17,600 nt of DNA from Candidatus Auribacterota bacterium (GTDB lineage Bacteria; Auribacterota; UBA6266). A program made the translations under genes and the position numbers. This document shows, in pieces, positions 1-6,764 of this stretch. The DNA lies in contig JAGLRQ010000030.1 of NCBI GenBank assembly GCA_023136205.1, forward strand, positions 1 through 17,600. The letters are read 5' to 3'. A model generated the notes under the pieces. That model saw only the letters and a list, made by a program, of their open reading frames with translations. It did no database searches and was not told where the DNA came from. The first letter of the stretch is position 1, and each line of letters begins with the position of its first letter.

Positions 1-134
1 CCGGCAACCGCAAGGCATCTTTCAAAAAGAGAGCTATCCCAGGTTCCTTTAAAGTAAAGCTTTTTTGGCGGGTCAGGAATTTGCTTAAGAAGCTGAGGAT
101 ATTCCGAATTTTCTTTTTCAACAATATTATTCAT
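1..134 (-). CDS. dprA: DprA/Smf DNA-processing protein, 5' fragment running off the left edge
   Basis: Absent from the ORF track because it is truncated. Hand translation of the reverse complement from the ATG at 134..132 gives MNNIVEKENSEYPQLLKQIPDPPKKLYFKGTWDSSLFERCLAVAG. The pattern YPxxL..I.DPPxxLY.kG followed by A(V/I)xG is the characteristic start of the DprA Rossmann-like domain in short DprA forms that lack an N-terminal SAM domain. Confidence 0.65.
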   Translation of the reverse strand, partial: MNNIVEKENSEYPQLLKQIPDPPKKLYFKGTWDSSLFERCLAVA

Positions 135-178
135 ACCTATGCGCCAAATTATAAAAACATCAATGGGAAAACCGCATA

Positions 179-207
179 ATGCTACAAAAAAACTTTTTAT
201 CTGTCAA
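179..207 (-). promoter_or_regulatory. candidate sigma70-type promoter for dprA (TTGACA-N17-TAGCAT)
   Basis: The minus strand reads TTGACA (207..202), a 17-nt spacer, then TAGCAT (184..179), about 45 nt upstream of the dprA ATG. This is a pattern match only. Confidence 0.3.
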
Positions 208-261
208 TAACTATCATAATAATATCTATATAGTACTATATATCATATATAGCATATAGCA

Positions 262-285
262 TATATAGGGACAGACACCTATTTA
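262..285. repeat. left arm of a perfect 24-bp inverted repeat flanking the Y1 transposase gene
   Basis: tatatagggacagacacctattta (262..285) is the exact reverse complement of taaataggtgtctgtccctatata (996..1019), checked base by base. Each arm can also fold on itself: atagg / loop / cctat. The arm overlaps the transposase stop codon (TAG, 281..279). Confidence 0.9.
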
Positions 286-959
286 TTTTCTTTTTCTTTC
301 GGCCTTCCACGCGGTTTCAATATCAATGGCCGGTTGAGCTTCTTCTCAAGCTTTTGAACAAAACTTATTTCTGCCAGCGGCCTACCCTTTCGTGTCTGCT
401 CCTGGATTCGTGTAATATCCTTTACACTATCAGGTTCGGCAATGGAATTCCGCCACTCCCCTTGATTCAACCCAACATATTGAAATAATTGATTGACCCC
501 CATAGAATCTTCCTCTTCCAACTCACAATGTACTCGCGCGCTTGACCATTTCCAATCCCACGGATCTTTAACAATTCTTGCCCGTACAGGATTCCTTTCG
601 ATATAACGCGCACATACCATCGAATATACTTCATCCATTACACACGAATAAAACCGGCCCTGAAATAAATGACCGCATACTCCCATTTTATTATTATAAT
701 ACTGTGAATACTTCATATTTACATATTTAAAAACATTCCCCATTGAATCTTCACATTCCGGCACAACTATAAAATGTACATGGTTTGACATTAGGCAATA
801 AGATAAGACCTTTAACCCATATCGTTTGCTTTCTGTTTTCAGCAAGGAAAGATATTTCTCTCTGTCAGTATCATCAACAAATATTTCTTGCCGATAATTC
901 CCACGTTGTGTTACGTGATGTGGATAATCTAAGGCTACTACTCGGGCTATTCTGGGCAT
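279..959 (-). CDS. Y1 HUH tyrosine transposase, IS200-like / REP-associated tyrosine transposase (RAYT)-like
   Basis: 226 aa with an ATG start at 959..957. It has the HUH motif in SNHVHFIVVP and a catalytic-Tyr helix, ARYIERNPVRARIV (Y-x2-NPV). The N-terminus (YPHHVTQRGNYRQEIF) and C-terminal tail (TRKGRPL...FVQKLEKKLNRPL..KPRGRPKE) are typical of the widespread COG1943-type family. The gene is flanked by inverted 24-bp repeats. Confidence 0.85.
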   Translation of the reverse strand: MPRIARVVALDYPHHVTQRGNYRQEIFVDDTDREKYLSLLKTESKRYGLKVLSYCLMSNHVHFIVVPECEDSMGNVFKYVNMKYSQYYNNKMGVCGHLFQGRFYSCVMDEVYSMVCARYIERNPVRARIVKDPWDWKWSSARVHCELEEEDSMGVNQLFQYVGLNQGEWRNSIAEPDSVKDITRIQEQTRKGRPLAEISFVQKLEKKLNRPLILKPRGRPKEKENK

Positions 960-965
960 GAATAC

Positions 966-994
966 ATTTTAGAAAATTTTAATATCTATGTCAA
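966..994 (-). promoter_or_regulatory. candidate strong promoter for the transposase (TTGACA-N17-TAAAAT), predicted near-leaderless mRNA
   Basis: The minus strand reads TTGACA (994..989), a 17-nt spacer, then TAAAAT (971..966). Only 6 nt (gtattc) separate the -10 box from the ATG at 959. No Shine-Dalgarno sequence can fit in that gap. Confidence 0.4.
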
Positions 995-995
995 T

Positions 996-1019
996 TAAAT
1001 AGGTGTCTGTCCCTATATA
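996..1019. repeat. right arm of the 24-bp inverted repeat
   Basis: It is the exact reverse complement of 262..285. It lies immediately outside the -35 box of the transposase promoter. Confidence 0.9.
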
Positions 1020-1069
1020 ACTATAACTAAACATATATAATTCTTTTTATAATTCTTTTCGCCCTCTTC

Positions 1070-3319
1070 CTACTCCTCTTCTTCTTCGGTATATGTTATG
1101 GTTAAGAAAGGTCGAAGTGTATAGTAAATAGTACTGGTTCTAAATGTTATCCTATTGGAGTTATCATAACCAGGAGGAGAATTATCAATATCATGTGAAC
1201 ATCTAAGACAAATCTTTGTCCATCCGGTTTTACTTATCCACCCTCGACCAGTAGAATTTAACGTTATTGTCATATCTCCAAGAACCGCTGCTTTCCTTGT
1301 AGCCCCTTCGGGGGGACTATTTAATGTTATATTATTGTAATCAGCTGCAACTAAATATTCAGGGTCGGTTTGTGAGGATTGGGTTATACCGATAGAAACT
1401 GAACCATATAAAAATCTCCCATAAAGATTAAGTGTAACTCCTGTAATATCCGCAGTGTCAGGTAACGCAGAGGTATCAAAGTTTAAATTTGCCCGATTAA
1501 TACAGCTCTGATAATAAATAGTTCCAGGAGACGAAGATGTCTGTTGGCTAGCACCTATCCTTATTGTGTAATTTGTAAAGGTTGCCGTTGCTGCTTCTCT
1601 GGCTACTGTCCAAGGAACATTAATATCATAATCATTATCACAATGTTGTAATCTACCACTGCCAGGATAACTAGGATCCCCGATGGCACAAATAGCATAA
1701 AAAATCATAGTTTCAGGTACAATAGCTGTTTCTTCCGCAGTAAAGCTGTCATCCTGGACAAATTCTTCCGCTGGATTTTTAATCTTAATGTAAAATGTAT
1801 GTTCTTCATTTGGATTCATTGTTACTTTTACATAGAATTCACCGGGAAAAAGTTTAAGAGGGTGGGTATTACCTGATTCATCGGTAACCACTGCTTCTTC
1901 ATCTTCACGTTCTTTTAGAAATTCCTTGCCAAATGCATGGTAGGGTTTATCCTTTGAGTCAGCACCATAAAAATCTGCAGGGATAACATCTTCATTATCC
2001 AACGTCATCTCTTCTATTTCTATATCGGCTAAGAGGTAATCCTTGACCTTAATCTTAATGTAATATTCTTTTTCTCCTGCTTCATCCGTCTCATCAACCT
2101 CAACGGCTTTAATATTCTCGATTTCCGGTTTATCTTCAATTGCCTGGAGAATTGTCCACCAGGCTTCGGTAGCTGCACCATGCCAGACGTTGATTTTATA
2201 ATCGGTTCTGGGTTCCGCGGCCTTAGTTAGCTTTTCTTGACTTAGTTTAGACACTATATCGTCACCTGTTGTTTTTGTATCTTCCAGGGTATAATCAGGT
2301 TCAAAAGAAAATCCTAAAGGAGAACCCTCTCTATATCGGAATAAAAGTCCAGTGGCAGTATTAACAAGGGGGATACCCAAAAAAGTTAAAGAACCATCTC
2401 CCCTAATTATTTTAAAATTAGAAGGAATTGCTAAATTGGCAGTACCTAAAAAAGTTTCATCTCCATCATAAATTATATCAATAGGAACCGATTTATACCC
2501 CAACCCATATCTACCAGTAATAATATCATGATATTCAGAATGAAAAGGTAATCTCATCTTGTCAATGGCATAGCCATCCGGATCTGTTCCAATAAAATTT
2601 TCTACTATCCACAAACAGGCTCTGTCTCTGTTCAGCCTTTCTTGCAAATTCCAAGAAACATGGCTAAAAATAATTTCTGCTGTTTTTCCTGCTACAGGAC
2701 TAAGAAATTTTAATGCTCCGACAGACTTAGAAAAGAAGGTAGCATTTTCATCTATAAGGGGAGGTAACTTCTCCTTTGCTTCTTTGTCTATCATCCAAAC
2801 AGCGCTTGCGTATGGACTGCCTAAATGAGGAGTATCTATAAAAACTACTCTGTATATTTTATTTTGATAACTATCAAATTGAGTTAAAAACGAACGCGTA
2901 ACCAAACCACCCATGCTGTGAGCAACAATGATAACTTTTCTTTCTGATTCAGGATAATCAATTGGGAAACAATTGTCTAATGCCCACTCAACCTTTGGTA
3001 ATAAAACTTGTCTTGCTATATCAGGGATATTGCCATTTCTTGATATGGGACCGGTTTTTCTTATTCCATAGTTAACAAGCGGAAAATATTTCTCTCTTTC
3101 ATCAAGACTTGGATATTTATGTTCACCATCGCTTTTGAAATATATCTGGATACTACTCTTAGCAGTACTCCAAGCATCCCAACTCGATGGCTCTTTGGCA
3201 TTATATCCGTGGACAAAGATAATGGGATATGGGCTGTATTCTTTTGGTTCTTCAGCAAATATTGGTCTGCTGAATATCAAAATGGTTGAGATTAAAAATA
3301 ATACTTTAGCTATTTTCAT
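1070..3319 (-). CDS. secreted multidomain alpha/beta-hydrolase (PGAP1-like / class-2 lipase-like esterase) with a C-terminal beta-sandwich-like domain
   Basis: The ORF-track start at 3322 is TTG. The next codon, ATG (3319..3317), gives the signal peptide MKIAKVLFLISTILIFSRPIFA|EEP.

Catalytic motifs: IIFVHGY; the nucleophile elbow VAHSMGG (Ser codon 2917..2915, verified by hand); FIDTPHLGSP; and, much later, TGDDIV and NVWHGA as candidate Asp and His of the triad.

The middle region has two short modules ending in YIKIK, with the identical 15-mer ttaatcttaatgtaa at 1779..1793 and 2049..2063.

The C-terminal ~200 aa (ANLNFDTSALPDTADITGVTLNLYG) resembles DNRLRE/CBM-type sandwiches; this is a weak call. 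The protein ends in TEEEEE.

The start overlaps the upstream gene by 14 nt (3306..3319). Confidence 0.8.
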   Translation of the reverse strand: MKIAKVLFLISTILIFSRPIFAEEPKEYSPYPIIFVHGYNAKEPSSWDAWSTAKSSIQIYFKSDGEHKYPSLDEREKYFPLVNYGIRKTGPISRNGNIPDIARQVLLPKVEWALDNCFPIDYPESERKVIIVAHSMGGLVTRSFLTQFDSYQNKIYRVVFIDTPHLGSPYASAVWMIDKEAKEKLPPLIDENATFFSKSVGALKFLSPVAGKTAEIIFSHVSWNLQERLNRDRACLWIVENFIGTDPDGYAIDKMRLPFHSEYHDIITGRYGLGYKSVPIDIIYDGDETFLGTANLAIPSNFKIIRGDGSLTFLGIPLVNTATGLLFRYREGSPLGFSFEPDYTLEDTKTTGDDIVSKLSQEKLTKAAEPRTDYKINVWHGAATEAWWTILQAIEDKPEIENIKAVEVDETDEAGEKEYYIKIKVKDYLLADIEIEEMTLDNEDVIPADFYGADSKDKPYHAFGKEFLKEREDEEAVVTDESGNTHPLKLFPGEFYVKVTMNPNEEHTFYIKIKNPAEEFVQDDSFTAEETAIVPETMIFYAICAIGDPSYPGSGRLQHCDNDYDINVPWTVAREAATATFTNYTIRIGASQQTSSSPGTIYYQSCINRANLNFDTSALPDTADITGVTLNLYGRFLYGSVSIGITQSSQTDPEYLVAADYNNITLNSPPEGATRKAAVLGDMTITLNSTGRGWISKTGWTKICLRCSHDIDNSPPGYDNSNRITFRTSTIYYTLRPFLTITYTEEEEE

Positions 3320-3932
3320 CAAGATGCCTTTGTCCTTTTTTATCTCCTAAATATATACCTAATACTAAAGCAACACCTAAAAGGATATATCCTAAAAGTA
3401 GAATAGGTACAACTTTCTCTATTTGAGGAGCTCCGCCCATTGAGGTATAAGTAAAAACATATCCAAACAAAAGCAAAAATGTTAGAGGAGATATGATCAA
3501 TAAGGCGATTACCCCACCTATCAACGCTCTTAGTGCTTTATGAAAGGATTTATTCATAATGCCAAACGAAAAACATATAAATATAACATAGACTAATGGG
3601 GTAAATGGTATACCGAAAAAAGCAATCAGTCCCACTACAGATCCTATAACATATTCTTTACATATTTGGGTTATTAAATAAAAAATTACACCTCCTGCCA
3701 AACCACCCAAAACACCATAAAAGGTTTTTCTCATAGATTTATCAGCTATGCCTAAAGCTAAACCTAAAAAAAGACCAGGGGGTAAAAAAAGAAGATATTG
3801 CTCTATATTTGCAGGAAGAGTCCATGAAACTGCAGGACCAAAACCACTTACATAACCTGTAATAACCCCACTAACCAAACCAAAGACTCCGCCCCAGAGG
3901 GCGTGTTGAAGAATTTTCTTTTTAGTTATCAT
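3306..3932 (-). CDS. small polytopic membrane protein of unknown function, Gly-rich TM helices with an internal repeat
   Basis: 208 aa with an ATG start at 3932..3930. It is almost entirely hydrophobic, with roughly 6 predicted TM segments by eye. There is an internal repeat 63 residues apart: GIADKSMRKTFYGVLGG (res 61-77) and GIMNKSFHKALRALIGG (res 124-140). I recognise no family. Confidence 0.7.
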   Translation of the reverse strand: MITKKKILQHALWGGVFGLVSGVITGYVSGFGPAVSWTLPANIEQYLLFLPPGLFLGLALGIADKSMRKTFYGVLGGLAGGVIFYLITQICKEYVIGSVVGLIAFFGIPFTPLVYVIFICFSFGIMNKSFHKALRALIGGVIALLIISPLTFLLLFGYVFTYTSMGGAPQIEKVVPILLLGYILLGVALVLGIYLGDKKGQRHLDENS

Positions 3933-3947
3933 AAAATTTTCTCTATT

Positions 3948-6560
3948 TTATTCAAACTCACTATCAGGAATGCCTGTGTTAATCTGGATATTAGAGTAAA
4001 TATTTTCTGTGTGATAGAGTTCTTTTTTATCTTGTCCTTCATAGGCTATTTCTATTAACTTCTGAAATACCCATGCATCTCCAAGTTGGATAAAATCTTG
4101 AGCTTCGGTTGTAAATATCATCTCAAGATCGCTATCTTTAGTATAATATTCGGACTTTAATTCAACGCCTTTGTTGTAATCAATATAAAGAATTTGGTAC
4201 GGATATTCCTCTGTCTGGCCTTGTCGTTTGGTCTTTATAGTGTAAATGTTGGTTGCGGGGTCGTGCGAGATTATTTCCCTACCTATCTCTACATAATCGA
4301 TTGAATTTTCAACTGGAGGCCTTATCTTTACCTGTGGCTCAGGTGATATCTCTTCTACTTTCTGCTTATCTCCTTTCTGCCAGATTTTAAGCTGTGATTC
4401 TTCAGGCAAAAAAGGAGCGGTTGAGGTTACGGTAATGTCGGCTTTAACGTCTTGTATCTTCTCATTATTAGCGTTTATTTTGTTGATGATGTCGTCTATT
4501 GTTATTATTAGAGGCTCTGAAGTAGTTATATTAAAGGTTATTGTTACTGAAGGTTCGGCAGTCGATGAGCCGGTTATCTGGATTAATGTGCTTCCTGTAT
4601 CCGGGCAAGTGAGGTCTATTTTTGCCCCGCCATATGAGTTAGTAATAGCGGAGTTGTCAGACAATACGCCTGTTCCCTGGATGATGTAGAATTCTATCCC
4701 TTCACCAGGAATGGGGTTTTCGTATTGATCTGTTAGTTTTACGATTAAAGGTATAACTGCGCCTGGTATTGGTGTTTGAGTTTCATCGGTAATTTTAGTG
4801 AGTAAAGCCGGTTGGGCCGGTTTTGTATCTACAGAGAAAGTAATTTTAACATCCGGATGAGTAGAAGACTTAGCTTCCGCTTTATTGGTTATGGATGAGT
4901 CTTGGTCTGTAGCTAAGGTAACGGCAGCAAGGCCATCTATATCTGTCCAGACATATTGAGATGAGAGAACGCCACTGCCTTGAGTTATGCTAAATTCTAC
5001 TTCCTCGCTGACAGCAGGGGTATCGCTGATGTATAGTTTTGTTGTCAGGTTCCAGTCTGAGCCGGCTTCCGGTATGGCTTCTTCATATTCTTGTATATTT
5101 CCAAAGACGTTGGTTAGTTCATAGTGTTTCAGATCAGGGGTATTGATAATTATAGCGTCTTGATGTTTTTGGCTCGCTTCATCGTAGCCTGTGGCAGTGA
5201 TGACGGATTTGGTTGAGTTTAGTCTGATGTAATTAGCGGTGAAATTGGTATCTTCTATTATGCCTGTGGAAGTCTCAACAAAGATATAGCTAATATCAGA
5301 GGTAACTGCACCTGTAACTGTAATGGGCGAGAGATTGATCGTTGCGTTATGAGCCGGGTTGGTTATGATTACTTTAGGTGTAGTGGTATCAAGAGCAAAT
5401 GTATGGGTCTTTTGGATAATATTGCCAGCCTGATCTTGAGCTTCGACCGTTATCGTATTCATTCCCTCTTCTAAAAAAGCCAGCACTATAAAACAGTCAC
5501 CCACCAACTCAGCTTGAACATCATTGACCATAACAGAAAATGTGTCCTCTGAAACCTGCCCATATATTATATTGCTTCCGGTAGTAGCATTTTCATCCGG
5601 AGTAATAACTGAGACTTTGGGTGGAGTTAAGTCCAAACATACATTTATACGTTCCTGAGTGGTTTGTTCTCCCAAAACAGCTTTAGCAGTTACAAAATTA
5701 AGACCTTCCGTTATAACTACCGGAATGCCAAATGTATTATCTACAACATTAATAGATAAACCATTAACTTTAACTTCAGCGCTATTATGACTAACTGTGC
5801 CCTCGACAATTATAGGTGAAACATTAAATAAAGCATTGTCTTCGGGAGAAGTGATATTGATTAAAAGAGTAGTTTCATCGTTGGCAATAATGCCATCGGT
5901 ATGTCCTTCACCGCTTTCCAGTCCAGATCCATTTATAGCTTTCACATTGAAATAGTAGGGCTGACCTTGACTGAGAGTTAAGTCTGTATAAGTAATTCCT
6001 GCATTTGTACCAGACGAAGTCCAATCTACAATATCTGTTATGCCAATACTTGTGCCAATAGAATATTGATATCCGTAAACACCAGACTCTGAATCAGTTG
6101 ATTCTGTCCACGTAGCATGTAACTCAGCTAAAGAAGTAGTATAAATACCATCATCTGTAACAGTTGGGGTTGTGGGAGGTGTATTATCAATGGTAACTGT
6201 AATTTTGGATGAGTCTAAGACAGGATGGTTTTCGTTGTTAAATGGGCCCAGGTGTTTTGGAACTTGCGATATTGAGGCATAGATTTGGTGCTGTCCATCC
6301 GCATATGTAGTCGTATCCCAGATATATTGGTAAGGTGAAGTGGTTGATTCACCTACTAACGTATTATCTATATAGAACTTAACAAATTTTACCTTTGGAA
6401 TTGTAGTAAGTTGGGTGCCTATTAGAACTGTTTGACTAACAAAAGTTCCATCTTGGGGGGAGATAATAGTTAGGGAGGGGGCTGAGGCAACGGAGTGAGA
6501 AACAAAGAGTTGAAATATTATGCTAAAAATTAAACTCTTTATTAGTCCGCTATTCAACAT
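3948..6560 (-). CDS. secreted Ig-like/FN3 repeat surface protein with a C-terminal LolA-like (lipoprotein-sorting fold) domain
   Basis: 870 aa. The ATG at 6560..6558 is preceded by AAGGA 6 nt upstream. The signal peptide is MLNSGLIKSLIFSIIFQLFVSHSVASA|PS.

Domains recognised, in order:
- an Ig-like module (FYIDNTLVGESTTSPYQYIWDTTTYADGQHQIYA);
- an FN3-like module (TPPTTPTVTDDG...YYFNVKAINGSGLES);
- three Ig-like repeats beginning INITSPEDNA, PPKVSVITPDENA and TPKVIITNPAHNA;
- two invasin-type Big-like modules (VEFSITQGSGVLS, IEFYIIQGTGVLS);
- a final ~185 aa (nt 3951..4505) with LolA-like signatures (QLKIWQKGDKQKVEEISPE, YQILYIDYNKGVELKSEYY, GDAWVFQKLIEI). Confidence 0.8.
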   Translation of the reverse strand: MLNSGLIKSLIFSIIFQLFVSHSVASAPSLTIISPQDGTFVSQTVLIGTQLTTIPKVKFVKFYIDNTLVGESTTSPYQYIWDTTTYADGQHQIYASISQVPKHLGPFNNENHPVLDSSKITVTIDNTPPTTPTVTDDGIYTTSLAELHATWTESTDSESGVYGYQYSIGTSIGITDIVDWTSSGTNAGITYTDLTLSQGQPYYFNVKAINGSGLESGEGHTDGIIANDETTLLINITSPEDNALFNVSPIIVEGTVSHNSAEVKVNGLSINVVDNTFGIPVVITEGLNFVTAKAVLGEQTTQERINVCLDLTPPKVSVITPDENATTGSNIIYGQVSEDTFSVMVNDVQAELVGDCFIVLAFLEEGMNTITVEAQDQAGNIIQKTHTFALDTTTPKVIITNPAHNATINLSPITVTGAVTSDISYIFVETSTGIIEDTNFTANYIRLNSTKSVITATGYDEASQKHQDAIIINTPDLKHYELTNVFGNIQEYEEAIPEAGSDWNLTTKLYISDTPAVSEEVEFSITQGSGVLSSQYVWTDIDGLAAVTLATDQDSSITNKAEAKSSTHPDVKITFSVDTKPAQPALLTKITDETQTPIPGAVIPLIVKLTDQYENPIPGEGIEFYIIQGTGVLSDNSAITNSYGGAKIDLTCPDTGSTLIQITGSSTAEPSVTITFNITTSEPLIITIDDIINKINANNEKIQDVKADITVTSTAPFLPEESQLKIWQKGDKQKVEEISPEPQVKIRPPVENSIDYVEIGREIISHDPATNIYTIKTKRQGQTEEYPYQILYIDYNKGVELKSEYYTKDSDLEMIFTTEAQDFIQLGDAWVFQKLIEIAYEGQDKKELYHTENIYSNIQINTGIPDSEFE

Positions 6561-6638
6561 ACAACATCCTTTTAATTATTAATTAAGGTCAGCTTATGAT
6601 AAATAGATTGTCAGATAAACTTCTTATTTTTAGGTTTT

Positions 6639-6667
6639 AAAATACCTCACTAAATTTAACCTGTCAA
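6639..6667 (-). promoter_or_regulatory. candidate sigma70-type promoter for the adhesin/membrane-protein/lipase cassette (TTGACA-N17-TATTTT)
   Basis: The minus strand reads TTGACA (6667..6662), a 17-nt spacer, then TATTTT (6644..6639). It sits in the 204-bp AT-rich gap, about 80 nt upstream of the ATG at 6560. Confidence 0.45.
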
Positions 6668-6764
6668 GCGAGAAAATATAATTGTTTCTCATAACTGATT
6701 GCATTTACATAAGTTAGAAAAATGAGCCCCTATTAAAAAACATGCAAGTTTTTAGATTCCCACA

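Larger units (their letters stand above)
262..1019 (-). mobile_element. compact RAYT/IS200-like cassette (transposase plus 24-bp terminal inverted repeats), 758 bp
   Basis: The unit is bounded by the perfect inverted repeat at 262..285 and 996..1019. It has a single ORF and no tnpB/accessory gene. Both outer flanks carry short ATATAG/CTATAT iterations (about 221..261 and 1020..1040). Confidence 0.6.

Noticed and set aside
262-1019. Calling the transposase cassette an active IS200/IS605 insertion sequence.
   Set aside because: There is no tnpB-like second gene, and the ends are a perfect inverted pair rather than the same-strand subterminal hairpins of IS200/IS605. I cannot assess copy number from one window. 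It is therefore reported as RAYT-like, with its mobility unknown.
1779-2063. A diversity-generating retroelement (template/variable repeat pair) acting on the adhesin, lipase or pilin genes.
   Set aside because: The only intragenic nucleotide repeat I found is an identical 15-mer, which an internal domain duplication explains. There is no reverse transcriptase gene and no ~100-bp repeat pair with adenine-specific differences.
6735-6760. The A/T-rich palindrome aaaaac-atgcaa-gttttt after the second H-X9-DG gene as an intrinsic terminator.
   Set aside because: The stem is almost pure A-U with one G-C pair, so its predicted stability is negligible. This is not adequate evidence for a terminator.
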